A stretch of DNA of 64,000 nucleotides from Eledone cirrhosa (Eukaryota), in assembly GCA_964016885.1 (NCBI GenBank), contig OZ024745.1, forward strand, positions 24,242,001-24,306,000, in the 5' to 3' direction. Both the position numbers and the translations under genes were made by a program. The notes under the pieces are model-generated. The model saw nothing but the letters and a program-made list of their open reading frames with translations, searched no databases and was not told where the DNA came from. Positions 1-14,172 of this stretch are shown piece after piece. The stretch's first letter is position 1; every line of letters starts with the position of its first letter.

Positions 1-466
1 TGTGGTTGGAGTTCGTGTACTTTTGCATGTCGCTTGAGCCCTCCTGCTGATTTACATTCTCTACCACATGTTTGGCAAGCATGATGAATAGCATCTCCAA
101 CAGCAGCCTGGTAGTCAACCACTGGTCTTACTTTATGACTGCGAAGATGACTTTCGAGTCCAGCTTTGCTTAGGCAGAGTCTCGCACAGACGCTGCATGT
201 CACCACCATAGGAGGACCCTCGCCGTCTGGAAGTGCAACAGCAATGCCCTTCCTCACATCCCGCTTTACTTTCTCGTATGCGATTCGAGATGCCTCAAAG
301 GCAACTTTTCCCTCATATACAGTCTTTCTCCATTTATTACGATCAGCAGCAATATTTTCCCATGTATCAGCAGAGATGTTAGCGTCTTTCAGAGAGGCTT
401 TCAAGGAATCCTTATACCTCTTTTTTGGTTTATGTGGCGGTCGTTTTCCTTTAACCAACTCTCCAT
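1..466 (-). mobile_element. RTE-clade LINE ORF C-terminal fragment with two C2H2 zinc fingers; runs off the window edge
   Basis: Manual minus-strand translation is open: GELVKGKRPPHKPKKRYKDSLKASLK..WENIAADRNKWRKTV..CSVCARLCLSKAGLESHLRSH..CQTCGRECKSAGGLKRHAKVH. 5' truncation abuts a (CATA)n tract. Confidence 0.85.
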
Positions 467-835
467 GTACATACATACATACATACATACATACATACAT
501 ACATACATACATACACAAGTACATGCATATATACATAGATAATCTAAGTATGCAAATCAATAAAATGTTACACGTAAACTCATTCATATGCAAACGCATA
601 CACACACGATTACACATACATACACAAGCACAAGCCTACACAGGCACTCACATATTTCCACACACTCATCCACACACAAATAAACAGTCAACTATTCACA
701 TAATTGTAGATGGCCAACACGTATAAATAACGGACACACACATACATATAATCGTATATATTGACATATACAAACCAATAGTTTTATATATTCACACCCA
801 TACAATCTGGCACACGCATATGTAAAATACTCAAA

Positions 836-951
<116 letters not shown>

Positions 952-1105
952 CGCGCACACTCGGTTTACACACTCATGAATACATGAGTGATACACACAA
1001 ACACAATCTACAAGTAATCATCTCACCAACACAACTACAATGGCGTACACCCATTTACACATAGTTATATGAAGCTATGAATTACACTCAAACACAAACT
1101 AATAC

Positions 1106-1402
1106 ACCGATGTTCCAGTAAAAACCCCAATAAAATGCAGGCATAAAAGACCAGATATTACGACATGGGACAGGGAGAAGAAAACATGCACAGTAGTGGA
1201 AATTAGCTGCCCAGCAGATGCCAATATAATATCAAAGATCAGCGAAAAGGAGAATATTTATGCAGAACTGATGAGAAATCTGCAGATACTCCACCCTGAT
1301 TACACCTTCAGATTTATACCTGCGATTATTGGGGCACTGGGGTACTTTAGTTGTTGCCTTAGCACAAATCTTGAGAAGCTGGAACCGAAAGAACACAACT
1401 AG
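1106..1402 (+). mobile_element. Non-LTR retrotransposon fragment, restriction-like endonuclease domain (R4/Dong-like)
   Basis: Translation KCRHKRPDITTWDREKKTCTVVEISCPADANI..KENIYAEL..IPAIIGALG matches the RPD..E..P / K..KY / IIGALG pattern of RLE domains. Confidence 0.8.
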
Positions 1403-1456
1403 TTGGGAAATTACAAGTACAATCCATTAATGGATCAGTAGTAGTAGTATGGGTGA

Positions 1457-1647
1457 TAATAATTGTTTCTACGTTTGGCACAAGGCCAGCAATTACCCAG
1501 TGCATTACTGGTACTTTATTTTATCGACCCTGTAAGGATGAAAGGCAAAGTTAACGTCGGCGGGATTTGAACTCAGAATGGCAAGGACCGTAACTCTATA
1601 CGTCAAAGCATGGCGTCCGACCCTCTACCAATACTGCCAATCCACCG
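1457..1647 (-). mobile_element. tRNA-derived SINE, full length
   Basis: Reverse complement has head CGGTGGATTGGCAG, B-box GAGTTCAAATCCC, core CCTTTCATCCTTAC..GTCGATAAAATAAAGTACCAG and tail GTAGAAACAATTATT. Many copies in the window. Confidence 0.9.
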
Positions 1648-1854
1648 GTTTCTGATATAGGCACAAGACCATCTATTTTGGGGGAGGGGAAAGTCGATTA
1701 ACTCGACGCCAGTACATTACTGGTACTTTATTTTAATCGACCCCGTAAGGATGAAAGGTAAAGTTAACATCGGCGGGATTTGAACTCAGAATGGAAAGGG
1801 CTGTAACTCTATGCTGGAAAGCATGGCGTCCGACTCTCTAGCGATACTGCCAAT
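1648..1854 (-). mobile_element. tRNA-derived SINE, longer-tail subfamily, tandem to the previous copy
   Basis: Same head, B-box and core, with the extra GTCGA..TCGACTTTCCCCTCCCCCAAAA segment also seen at 17540 and 32678. Confidence 0.85.
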
Positions 1855-1924
1855 ATAATAATTGTAGTAGTAGTTGTTGTCATTATACTCGTGGATGTTC
1901 TTGTTGTTGTTGTCGATGTTGATG

Positions 1925-2846
1925 TTGCAGTTGTTTGTAGTTGTTTGTAGTTGTTTGTAGTTGTTTGTAGTTGTTTGTAGTTGTTTGTAGTTGTTTGTAG
2001 TTGTTTGTAGTTGTTTGTAGTTGTTTGCAGTTGTTTGTAGTTGTTTGTAGTTGTTTGTAGTTGTTTGCAGTTGTTTGTAGTTGTTTGTAGTTGTTTGTAG
2101 TTGTTTGTAGTTGTTTGTAGTTGTTTGTAGTTGTTTGTAGTTGTTTGTAGTTGTTTGTAGTTGTTTGTAGTTGTTTGTAGTTGTTTGTAGTTGTTTGTAG
2201 TTGTTTGCAGTTGTTTGCAGTTGTTTGTAGTTGTTTGTAGTTGTTTGTAGTTGTTTGTAGTTGTTTGTAGTTGTTTGTAGTTGTTTGCAGTTGTTTGTAG
2301 TTGTTTGTAGTTGTTTGTAGTTGTTTGCAGTTGTTTGCAGTTGTTTGCAGTTGTTTGTAGTTGTTTGTAGTTGTTTGTAGTTGTTTGTAGTTGTTTGTAG
2401 TTGTTTGCAGTTGTTTGTAGTTGTTTGTAGTTGTTTGGAGTTGTTTGCAGTTGTTTGTAGTTGTTTGTAGTTGTTTGTAGTTGTTTGTAGTTGTTTGTAG
2501 TTGTTTGTAGTTGTTTGTAGTTGTTTGTAGTTGTTTGTAGTTGTTTGTAGTTGTTTGCAGTTGTTTATAGTTGTTTGTAGTTGTTTGTAGTTGTTTGTAG
2601 TTGTTTGTAGTTGTTTGTAGTTGTTTGCAGTTGTTTGTAGTTGTTTGTAGTTGTTTGTAGTTGTTTGTAGTTGTTTGTAGTTGTTTGTAGTTGTTTGTAG
2701 TTGTTTGTAGTTGTTTGTAGTTGTTTGTAGTTGTTTGTAGTTGTTTGTAGTTGTTTGTAGTTGTTTGCAGTTGTTTGTAGTTGTTTGTAGTTGTTTGTAG
2801 TTGTTTGCAGTTGTTTGTAGTTGTTTGTAGTTGTTTGTAGTTGTTT
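1925..2846. repeat. 10-bp tandem repeat (TTGTTTGTAG)n, about 90 copies
   Basis: Directly visible, with occasional GCAG variants. Confidence 0.98.
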
Positions 2847-2909
2847 CTTTGTTGCAACAGAAATCTTATAGATCTTTCAATGACATTGTCGTCGCCACTG
2901 TTGCTATCG

Positions 2910-5900
2910 TTGGTGGTAGTGGTGTTGGTGGTAGTGGTGTTGGTGGTAGTGGTGTTGGTGGTGGTGGTGGTGGTGGTGGTGGTAGTGGTGTTGGTGGTGG
3001 TGGTGGTGGTGGTGGTGGTGGTGGTGGTAGTGGTGTTGGTGGTGGTAGTGGTGTTGATGGTAGTGGTGTTGTTGGTGGTAGTGGTGTTGGTGGTGGTAGT
3101 GGTGTTGGTGGTGGTGGCGTTGGTGGTGGTGGTGGTGTTGGTGGTGGTAGTGGTGTTGGTGGTGGTGGTGGTGGTAGTGGTGGTGGTGGTGGTGGTGGTG
3201 GTGGTGGTGGTGGTGGTAGTGGTGTTGGTGGTGGTAGTGGTGTTGATGGTAGTGGTGTTGTTGGTGGTAGTGGTGTTGGTGGTGGTAGTGGTGTTGGTGG
3301 TGGTGGCGTTGGTGGTGGTGGTGGTGTTGGTGGTGGTAGTGGTGTTGGTGGTGGTGGTGGTGGTAGTGGTGTTGGTGGTGGTGGTGTTGGTGGTGGTAGT
3401 GGTGTTGGTGGTGGTGGCGTTGGTGGTGGTGGCGTTGGTGGTGGTAGTGGTGTTGGTGGTGGTGGTGGTGGTGGTGGTGGTGGTAGTGGTGTTGGTGGTG
3501 GTAGTGGTGTTGATGGTAGTGGTGTTGTTGGTGGTAGTGGTGTTGGTGGTGGTAGTGGTGTTGGTGGTGGTGGCGTTGGTGGTGGTAGTGGTGTTGGTGG
3601 TGGTAGTGGTGTTGGTGGTGGTGGTGGTGGTGGTGGTAGTGGTGTTGGTGGTGGTAGTGGTGTTGGTGGTGGTAGTGGTGTTGGTGGTAGTGGTGTTGGT
3701 GTTGGTGGTGGTAGTGGTGTTGGTGGTGGTAGTGGTGTTGGTGGTGGTGGCGTTGGTGGTGGTAGTGGTGTTGGTGGTGGTGGCGTTGGTGGTGGTAGTG
3801 GTGTTGGTGGTGGTAGTGGTGTTGGTGGTGGTGGTGTTGGTGGTGGTAGTGGTGTTGGTGGTGGTGGCGTTGGTGGTGGTAGTGGTGTTGGTAGTGGTAG
3901 TGGTGTTGGTGGTAGTGGTGTTGGTGTTGGTAGTGGTGTTGGTGGTGGCGTTGGTGGTGGTAGTGGTGTTGGTGGTGGTAGTGGTGTTGGTGGTAGTGGT
4001 GTTGGTGGTGGTGGCGTTGGTGGTGGTAGTGGTGTTGGTGGTGGTAGTGGTGTTGGTGGTAGTGGTGTTGGTGGTGGTGGCGTTGGTGGTGGTAGTGGTG
4101 TTGGTGGTGGTAGTGGTGTTGGTGGTAGTGGTGTTGGTGGTGGTGGCGTTGGTGGTGGTAGTGGTGTTGGTGGTAGTGGTGTTGGTGGTGGTAGTGGTGG
4201 TGGTGGTAGTGGTGTTGGTGGTGGTAGTGGTGTTGGTGGTGGTAGTGGTGTTGGTGGTGGTGGTGTTGGTGGTGGTAGTGGTGTTGGTGGTGGTAGTGGT
4301 GTTGGTGGTAGTGGTGTTGGTGGTGGTAGTGGTGTTGGTGGTAGTGGTGTTGGTGGTGGTAGTGGTGTTGGTGGTGGTGGCGTTGGTGGTGGTAGTGGTG
4401 TTGGTGGTGGTAGTGGTGTTGGTGGTGGTAGTGGTGTTGGTGGTGGTGGCGTTGGTGGTGGTAGTGGTGTTGGTGTTGGTGGTGTTGGTGGTGGTGGCGT
4501 TGGTGGTGGTAGTGGTGTTGGTGGTGGTGGTGGCGTTGTTGGTGGTGGTGGTGTTGGTGGTGGTAGTGGTGTTGGTGGTGGTGGCGTTGTTGGTGGTAGT
4601 GGTGTAGGTGGTGGTGTTGTTGTTGGTGGTAGTGGTGTTGGTGGTGGTGGTGTTGTTGGTGTTAGTGGTGTATGTGGTGGTGTTGTTGTTGGTGGTGTGG
4701 TGTTGTGGGTGGTGGTGGCGTTGGTGGTGGTAGTGGTGTTGGTGGTGGTGTTGTTGTTGGTGGTAGTGGTGTTGGTGGTGGTAGTGGTGTTGGTGGTGGT
4801 GGCGTTGTTGGTGGTAGTGGTGTTGTTGGTGGTAGTGGTGTTGGTGGTGGTGTTGTTGGTGGTGGTGGTGTTGTTGGTGATAGTGGTGTTGGTGGTGGTA
4901 GTGGTGTTGGTGGTGGTGGTGGTAGTGGTGTCGTTGGTGGTAGTGGTGTGGGTGGTGGTAGTGGTGTTGGTCGTGGTAGTGGTGTTGTTGGTGGTAGTGG
5001 TGTTGGTGGTAGTGGTGTTGTTGTTGGTGGTGTGGTGTTGTTGGTGGTGTGGTGTTGGTGGTGGTAGTGGTGTTGATGGTAGTGGTGTTGTTGGTGGTAG
5101 TGGTGTTGGTGGTGGTAGTGGTGTTGGTGGTGGTGGCGTTGTTGGTGGTGGTGGTGTTGGTGGTGGTAGTGGTGTTGGTGGTGGTGGTGGTGGTAGTGGT
5201 GTTGGTGGTGGTGGTGTTGGTGGTGGTAGTGGTGTTGGCGGTGGTGGTGTTGGTGGTGGTGGCGTTGGTGGTGGTGGCGTTGGTGGTGGTAGTGGTGTTG
5301 GTGGTGGTGGTGGTGGTAGTGGTGTTGGTGGTGGTAGTGGTGTTGATGGTAGTGGTGTTGTTGGTGGTAGTGGTGTTGGTGGTGGTAGTGGTGTTGGTGG
5401 TGGTGGCGTTGGTGTTGGTAGTGGTGTTGGTGGTGGTAGTGGTGTTGGTGGTGGTAGTGGTGTTGGTGGTGGTGGCATCGGTGGTGGTAGTGGTGTTGGT
5501 GGTGGTAGTGGTGTTGGTGGTGGTGGCGTTGGTGGTGGTAGTGGTGTTGGTGGTGGTGGCGTTGGTGGTGGTAGTGGTGTTGGTGGTGGTAGTGGTGTTG
5601 GTGGTGGTGGTGTTGGTGGTGGTAGTGGTGTTGGTGGTGTTGGCGTTGGTGGTGGTAGTGGTGTTGGTGGTGGTAGTGGTGTTGGTGGTGGCGTTGGTGG
5701 TGGTAGTGGTGTTGGTGGTGGTAGTGGTGTTGGTGGTAGTGGTGTTGGCGGTGGTGGCGTTGGTGGTGGTAGTGGTGTTGGTGGTGGTAGTGGTGTTGGT
5801 GGTAGTGGTGTTGGTGGTGGTGGCGTTGGTGGTGGTAGTGGTGTTGGTGGCGGTAGTGGTGTTGGTGGTAGTGGTGTTGGTGGTGGTGGCGTTGGTGGTG

Positions 5901-8070
5901 GTAGTGGTGTTGGTGGTAGTGGTGTTGGTGGTGGTAGTGGTGGTGGTGGTAGTGGTGTTGGTGGTGGTAGTGGTGTTGGTGGTGGTAGTGGTGTTGGTGG
6001 TGGTGGTGTTGGTGGTGGTAGTGGTGTTGGTGGTGGTAGTGGTGTTGGTGGTAGTGGTGTTGGTGGTGGTAGTGGTGTTGGTGGTAGTGGTGTTGGTGGT
6101 GGTAGTGGTGTTGGTGGTGGTGGCGTTGGTGGTGGTAGTGGTGTTGGTGGTGGTAGTGGTGTTGGTGGTGGTGTTGTTGTTGGTGGTAGTGGTGTTGGTG
6201 GTGGTAGTGGTGTTGGTGGTGGTGGCGTTGTTGGTGGTAGTGGTGTTGTTGGTGGTAGTGGTGTTGGTGGTGGTGGTGGTGGTGGTGGTGGTGTTGTTGG
6301 TGATAGTGGTGTTGGTGGTGGTAGTGGTGTTGGCGGTGGTGGTGGTAGTGGTGTCGTTGGTGGTAGTGGTGTGGGTGGTGGTAGTGGTGTTGGTCGTGGT
6401 AGTGGTGTTGTTGGTGGTAGTGGTGTTGGTGGTAGTGGTGTTGTTGTTGGTGGTGTGGTGTTGTTGGTGGTGTGGTGTTGTTGGTGATAGTGGTGTTGGT
6501 GGTGGTAGTGGTGTTGGTGGTAGTGGTGTTGTTGTTGGTGGTAGTGGTGTTGTTGGTGGTTGTGTTGGTGGTGGTAGTGGTGTTGGTGGTGGTGGCGTTG
6601 GTGGTGGTAGTGGTGTTGGTGGTGGTAGTGGTGTTGGTGGTGGTAGTGGTGTTGGTGGTGGTGGCGTTGGTGGTGGTGGTGGTGTTGGTGGTGGTAGTGG
6701 TGTTGGTGGTGGTGGTGGTGGTAGTGGTAGTGGTGTTGGTGGTGGTGGCGTTGGTGGTGGTAGTGGTGTTGGCGGTGGTGGCGTTGGTGGTGGTAGTGGT
6801 GTTGGTGGTGGTAGTGGTGTTGGTGGTAGTGGTGTTGGTGGTGGTGGCGTTGGTGGTGGTAGTGGTGTTGGTGGTGGTAGTGGTGTTGGTGGTAGTGGTG
6901 TTGGTGGTGGTGGCGTTGGTGGTGGTAGTGGTGTTGGTGGTAGTGGTGTTGGTGGTGGTAGTGGTGGTGGTGGTAGTGGTGTTGGTGGTGGTAGTGGTGT
7001 TGGTGGTGGTAGTGGTGTTGGTGGTGGTGGTGTTGGTGGTGGTAGTGGTGTTGGTGGTGGTAGTGGTGTTGGTGGTAGTGGTGTTGGTGGTGGTAGTGGT
7101 GTTGGTGGTAGTGGTGTTGGTGGTGGTAGTGGTGTTGGTGGTGGTGGCGTTGGTGGTGGTAGTGGTGTTGGTGGTGGTAGTGGTGTTGGTGGTGGTAGTG
7201 GTGTTGGTGGTGGTGGCGTTGGTGGTGGTAGTGGTGTTGGTGGTGGTGGTGTTGGTGGTGGTGGCGTTGGTGGTGGTAGTGGTGTTGGTGGTGGTGGCGT
7301 TGTTGGTGGTAGTGGTGTAGGTCGTGGTGTTGTTGTTGGTGGTAGTGGTGTTGGTGGTGGTGGTGTTGTTGGTGTTAGTGGTGTATGTGGTGGTGTTGTT
7401 GTTGGTGGTGTGGTGTTGTGGGTGGTGGTGGCGTTGGTGGTGGTAGTGGTGTTGGTGGTGGTGTTGTTGTTGGTGGTAGTGGTGTTGGTGGTGGTAGTGG
7501 TGTTGGTGGTGGTGGCGTTGTTGGTGGTAGTGGTGTTGTTGGTGGTAGTGGTGTTGGTGGTGGTGTTGTTGGTGGTGGTGGTGTTGTTGGTGATAGTGGT
7601 GTTGGTGGTGGTAGTGGTGTTGGCGGTGGTGGTGGTAGTGGTGTCGTTGGTGGTAGTGGTGTGGGTGGTGGTAGTGGTGTTGGTCGTGGTAGTGGTGTTG
7701 TTGGTGGTAGTGGTGTTGGTGGTAGTGGTGTTGTTGTTGGTGGTGTGGTGTTGTTGGTGGTGTGGTGTTGTTGGTGATAGTGGTGTTGGTGGTGGTAGTG
7801 GTGTTGGTGGTAGTGGTGTTGTTGTTGGTGGTAGTGGTGTTGTTGGTGGTGGTGTTGTTGTTGGTGGTGTGGTGTTGTTGGTGGTGGTGTGGTGTTGTTG
7901 GTGATAGTGGTGTTGGTGGTGGTAGTGGTGTTGTAGTTGTTGGTGATGGTGGTAATGGTGTTGTAGTTGTTGTTGTTGGTTTTGTAGTTGGTGTTGTGGT
8001 GGTGGTGGTGTTGTAGTTGTTGGTGGTGGATGTGGTGTTGGTGTTGTTGGTGTTGTTATTGTTGTTGTTC
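2910..8070. repeat. GGT-based compound trinucleotide array (GGT/AGT/GTT/GGC) with higher-order duplication
   Basis: About 5 kb of triplet variants. The diagnostic block GTTAGTGGTGTATGTGG recurs near 4661 and 7374 (offset 2713). Confidence 0.95.
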
Positions 8071-8139
8071 TTATTGTAGGTCTGCTCTTCGAATACGTAA
8101 TGACAACTGCTGCTGCCTGTATAAACAGTTTAGATTCGT

Positions 8140-8800
8140 TCTCTCTCTCTCACTCCTTCACTCTCTATCTCTCTATTTCTTTCTCTCACAAACACACTCT
8201 TTCTCCCACTCTCTCATTCTCTCTCTCTCACTCCTTAACTCTCTATCTCTCTATTTCTTTCTCTCACAAACACACTCTTTCTCCCACTCTCTCATTCTCT
8301 CTCTCTCACTCCTTCACTCTCTATCTCTCTATTTCTTTCTCTCAGAAACACACTCTTTCTCCTCCTCTCTTTCTCCCACTCTCTCATTCTCTCTCTCTCA
8401 CTCTTTCACTCTCTATCTCTCTATTTCTTTCTCTCACAAACACACTCTTTCTCCTCCTCTCTTTCTCCCACTCTCTCATTCTCTCTCTCTCACTCCTTCA
8501 CTCTCTATCTCTCTATTTCTTTCTCTCACAAACACACTCTTTCTCCTCCTCTCTTTCTCACACTCTCTCATTCTCTCTCTCTCACTCCTTCACTCTCTAT
8601 CTCTCTATTTCTTTCTCTCACAAACACACTCTTTCTCCTCCTCTCTTTCTCACACACTCTCATTCACTCTCTATCTCTCTATTTCTTTCTCTCACAAACA
8701 CACTCTTTCTCCTCCTCTCTTTCTCCCACTCTCTCATTCTCTCTCTCTCACTCCTTCACTCTCTATCTCTCTATTTCTTTCTCTCACACATACATTCTTT
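8140..8800. repeat. CT-rich minisatellite with 78- and 92-bp units, followed by (CT)n
   Basis: Unit start CACTC(C/T)TT(C/A)ACTCTCTATC at 8151, 8229, 8307, 8399, 8491 and 8583. Confidence 0.9.
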
Positions 8801-8881
8801 CTCCCCGCCCTCCTCCTTTCACTCTCATTCTCTCACAGTCACTCAATCACACTTTCTATTTTCTCTCAATCACTCTCGGCC

Positions 8882-8956
<75 letters not shown>

Positions 8957-9554
8957 CCTCTCTCATTCTCTCCGTGTCAAACACTCACTCTCTGTTTTAC
9001 TCTTTCTCTCAGTGCCTGATTACTGTTATGAAATTAAGGAACAGAGGCTTACCGCTATTGGCTATTAATCTTGTTGTCTTGTTGTTATTGTTGTTATTGT
9101 TGTTATATTTATTTATTTATTTCCTTCTTTCTTTATTTATATATTTATTTATTTATATATTTATTTATTTATTTACCCATTTATGTTGTTGATGTTGTTG
9201 GTTGCGACAAAGAAATTAATGTAAACGTCTAGCAAGAGAGAGCTGTATATGTGATGGAATGTTGGAGTCTAAATATCTCATTTTCCCGACTTTAACGACA
9301 ATGTCATAACATCAGTCGGTCGCCATTTTAAATTGCACCCTCCGGGTGACGACGCATTTGTTTATGGAGCGTGTGCGTGTGTCTGAATGTATAGGTAGGT
9401 GTATGTGTATATGTATGTATGTTTGTATATGTTCTATTGTGTGCACGCATGTGAGTGTGAGTATCTACGAAAATATGCATTGAAATGCCTGTATAAATCT
9501 ATGTGTCTCTGTGTGTATGTGCGTTTGTAAGAAGGTGCATATGTTTATATACAT

Positions 9555-10312
<758 letters not shown>

Positions 10313-10656
10313 ACTATATGACTTCAATCATTACAGAAGCCTTGATAAACTTGGCCAAGGTCGACAACTGAGTAATTTATTTTCATAGTACAGTCTAATT
10401 ATCTTTAGATTGTTTGTATGTCTATATGTATCGGTATTTATGTTGTGTGTATGTGTGTGTGTGTGTGTGTGTGTTGGCGTGCATGCATCTCTGCGTTAAA
10501 TTGGGCAATCGTGATTTTGCACGCAATTTTCTGTATACATATGTATGCCTATATATGAGTATATGTGTATACACACACACACCGCTCCACACACACCCAC
10601 CCACACATACACATACACTCACACACAAATTCATATATATATCTACTATGTAAGTA

Positions 10657-10753
<97 letters not shown>

Positions 10754-11352
10754 CCGAGAGTGCAGGTTGCATGCGTTTGCATGTGTATATCTGTGTGACT
10801 GCAAGATTTGCATGAGTGTGTGTGTGTGTCTCACTAGACAGAGGTATATACTCTGAGGTACACTTATATCTGAGTTTCACAATAAGCTCACCGTCCTTCG
10901 AAACATCATTGTACGCATGCGCAAATTCCTGTTTACGTAATAATGTCACACTGGATGTAAAACACGCAAACGTATATATCCTTATATAGGCGTATGAATG
11001 TACGCACCACAGAAGTAAGCCGTTGTAGAGCTTCGTTTAAACATACAGGCACACATAAATGCATATTAATATTCGCAGTAGGTGGAATGTGAAGTAATGT
11101 AGCTGCACATGTTTTCCTGAAATATATTCAAGCTACAAGTACATCTGCTCAAAATTACATCCGGTTGAATAAAAGTCAGTTCCGGTTAAGTAACTTTTGT
11201 GCATCGAATGTATAAATGCAGAAAATACAGCACGAGCATACAAATATTCTTGAATATGTATATGTATGCATATAAATACATGCTTTCTCTCTCTATGTAC
11301 ACATACACACACACATTATGTATAATGTGTGTGTGTATATATATATATATAT

Positions 11353-11622
11353 AATATAAAATCAAAAGATGGTTAAAAGAGTTCCGTGTATTTTATTATG
11401 CGCATTCCAAAAACAAATATCATCATGGGATGATATTTGCGTTCTCATCAGATAAAATAGGGAGACATGATATGAAGCTTAAAAAACACTTGCGAGCAGT
11501 GAAGTGTCAAATCAATATATTTATATTATTTATATTATTTATACTCCAGTCCTATAAACTGTTGAGTGTTACTTATCCGATATTTACATTGCTTTATTGT
11601 GCTACAATAAAACTCACCTCCT
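11353..11622. mobile_element. PLE-like fold-back family A, copy lacking its right arm; degenerate hammerhead on minus strand at 11390-11458
   Basis: Homologous to 26291-26592 in left arm, spacer and tail. Minus strand reads attttat CTGATGA..GGAA tgcgca TA ataaaat (GAAA changed to GGAA). Confidence 0.75.
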
Positions 11623-11681
<59 letters not shown>

Positions 11682-11749
11682 ATGGAATGTTGGAGTCTAA
11701 ATATCTCATTTTCCCGACTTTAACGACAATGTCATAACATCAGTCGGTC

Positions 11750-11808
<59 letters not shown>

Positions 11809-11986
11809 ATATACTATAAATTCCTATCTGTACAAACGGTAGAAATTATAAACCGAAGCTACGAGAAATGTGTCTGTAAAAGATGAACATATGAAACGTA
11901 GTGTATTCATATATTCGGCAGAACTATATTCATATATTCATAACTGTACAGACCGATATGTAATTATATTAACTCCCACCGTAAGT

Positions 11987-12246
11987 AGGACCAGATTTCA
12001 TGGTGCGTAAGGGGGCAATTAACCCGGGCCCCCTGCAGCTTTAGTATGGCTAGAAATCTTAAATTTAATACCTGTACGTATAACTTTTCAATTCTAATTA
12101 CTTGCACCAAGCTTACTTTGATATGTAAAATGGAGGGGGGGGGGGTAGCTGTTTATTATATTTGTTAAGGTTTGAGTCCCCCCCCCCCCACACACACACA
12201 CCAAGCCTGAAATGCCCAGGGACCCTAAGGTCTAAATCCAATCCTG
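11987..12246. mobile_element. Possible degenerate MITE
   Basis: Imperfect terminal inverted repeats TAGGACCAGATTT / AAATCCAATCCTG with GC-rich GGGCCCC subterminal motifs. Confidence 0.4.
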
Positions 12247-12501
12247 ATCGTAAACACAAATATTAAAATTCGAAGGCCCAGTTCTATATTTCCATCATAT
12301 CTGATGAATATATAAAGCCTTAGCTTGCTTTTTTCTCCGTGGATTGAGAAACAGTTTCTGATGAAGATCGAAACACGAGTCAAGTTTATCTTTTTTTTAA
12401 TCTACAGAGAAATATGCAGACATGACATGTTTATATGCTTGAATATATAAAAATGTGGGTTTACACATTTCTCACATCGTTGCTTAAAACCCTGTACTGT
12501 A

Positions 12502-12765
12502 CAAATGTCGGCCGAAAGGTTCATAGGCTGACCCCGATACTCACTTGGAATGACGAAATAAGGTTTATTTTTCGACATAGTCCTTTGAAAGAAACAATGT
12601 AATTACTAATAAGAAGAGTGGAAATAGGCTGTAAAATTCATAGGCTGACCAAGATACTCTCATGGAATGACCACATGAGATTTATTATTCAACATAGTCC
12701 CTGGATTTCAGAGTTCTAACATCACTGCTTCATAGTCAGTCTGTGAACTTTTTAGCCGACCCTCG
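12502..12765. mobile_element. Mariner-type MITE (family also at 34065 and 41649)
   Basis: TIR-like GTCGGCCGAAAGGTTCATAGGCTGAC / GTCAGTCTGTGAACTTTTTAGCCGACCCTCG, with an internal duplication. Confidence 0.75.
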
Positions 12766-12766
12766 C

Positions 12767-12832
<66 letters not shown>

Positions 12833-14172
12833 TTGCTCAGCTGCTTATTACACAGGTTAATATTTTAATACACACGGCTCTAGCAACACAAATTGAACAT
12901 TAAATATACAAAATAACAATAACAAATTTATTGAAATGTTACCTTAGAAATATTTAATTGATCCTGATATATTTCGAGTAAAATACTTTCCATGAGAAAT
13001 ATGTGATTATTGTGTATCCATTATGGTGTCATTCCGAATTATGAGGAGGAATTATAAAACCTTGTGGCGTGGAGGAAATTTGGAGCTGTCATATGTTTGT
13101 GTTTCCCGAGCCATCAGTGTCTGTATGTAGTGACATGTACTTGAAAGAATTGGGTCATTTCTTTCTGTGTTGTGATGTATGGTAACTATAAGGACTTCAC
13201 AGAACAAAAGACGAGAGGGGGTGTAGGAAAGAGAGAGAGAGGGCAAGGAAAGGGAGAGAGGGGACAAGGAAAGAGAGGGAGATATAGTGAGAGATAGATA
13301 GATAGAGTAAGAGAGAGAGAGAGAATGTGTGAGTGGAGAGAGAGAGTGGAGAGAGAGAGAGTGTGGAGAGAGATAGTGAAGAGAAAGATAGTGGAGAGAA
13401 AGAGAGAGATGGAGTAGAGAGAGAGAGAGGGAGTGATAGAGAGAGAGAGAAGGAAGGAGAGGAATTATTCATACCTTTTTAATAGTCACTGGTTTCATTG
13501 TATTCCAGTTAGTTGCAAATAGTGGAACTATGTTTTGTTTTTCTCTAAAAATGTTTTGTTTTTTATTAAGTTACCTTTATTACAGTCCAGAGCTTTGATG
13601 AATGTAATTTACTTATTCCCGTTGTTGCGTTTTTCAAGGTATTTCTTGATCGATGATATAGGTGTGTTAAGTGGTTCCTTGATACGGATGTCTACTAAAT
13701 AGATCTTTCTGCTGACGTTAGTTTCGCAACATTTGACGTTCGATGCAGGTTTGTAAGCACAAGTCCATGTATCAGGTGGGGTAGTTTGCATTAATTTCTG
13801 TCAACCTGGAGTAGATGTTTGGATAAAGATTTCTTGAGAGAGTGTTCTGAATGAGTCAACTGTATGTCTCGCCATTCTCTACTGATGACCCTGAGGATAG
13901 TAACGGTTATATAGACAGGTATTGAAAGTGATCTTTCATTTGGAGGACTCGGAGCCATGAAAATATTTTGTGGTGGATACTGGGTATCCGTTTACTCCCA
14001 TCGTCTTTTGGAATTGTTTCGTATGCACGACCCGATCATTAGTCCTGCTGTATCTGCCCTGGATAAGGGTAAGTTTGTTGAATAGGTACCTCATCTAACT
14101 GAGACGGCTGACCTGTAGTGGACTAAAAGATCACTGTAGACCGCTTCTCAGTAAAAATTAGTCTTTCCATAC

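Noticed and set aside
1883-2857. 324-aa ORF (NNYKQLQTTT)n
   Set aside because: Translation of a 10-bp tandem repeat, with no evidence of coding function.
8140-8800. CRISPR-like regular repeats
   Set aside because: No unique spacers and no cas genes. It is a eukaryotic minisatellite.
12354-12385. CTGATGA agatc GAAA cacgag TC hammerhead-like string
   Set aside because: Stem II is too short to form and stem I is weak.
13600-14150. Possible host exons or degraded ORF (also 17930-18300, 40700-40960, 59520-60000)
   Set aside because: Frequent stops and no recognisable motifs. Cannot be supported without a homology search.
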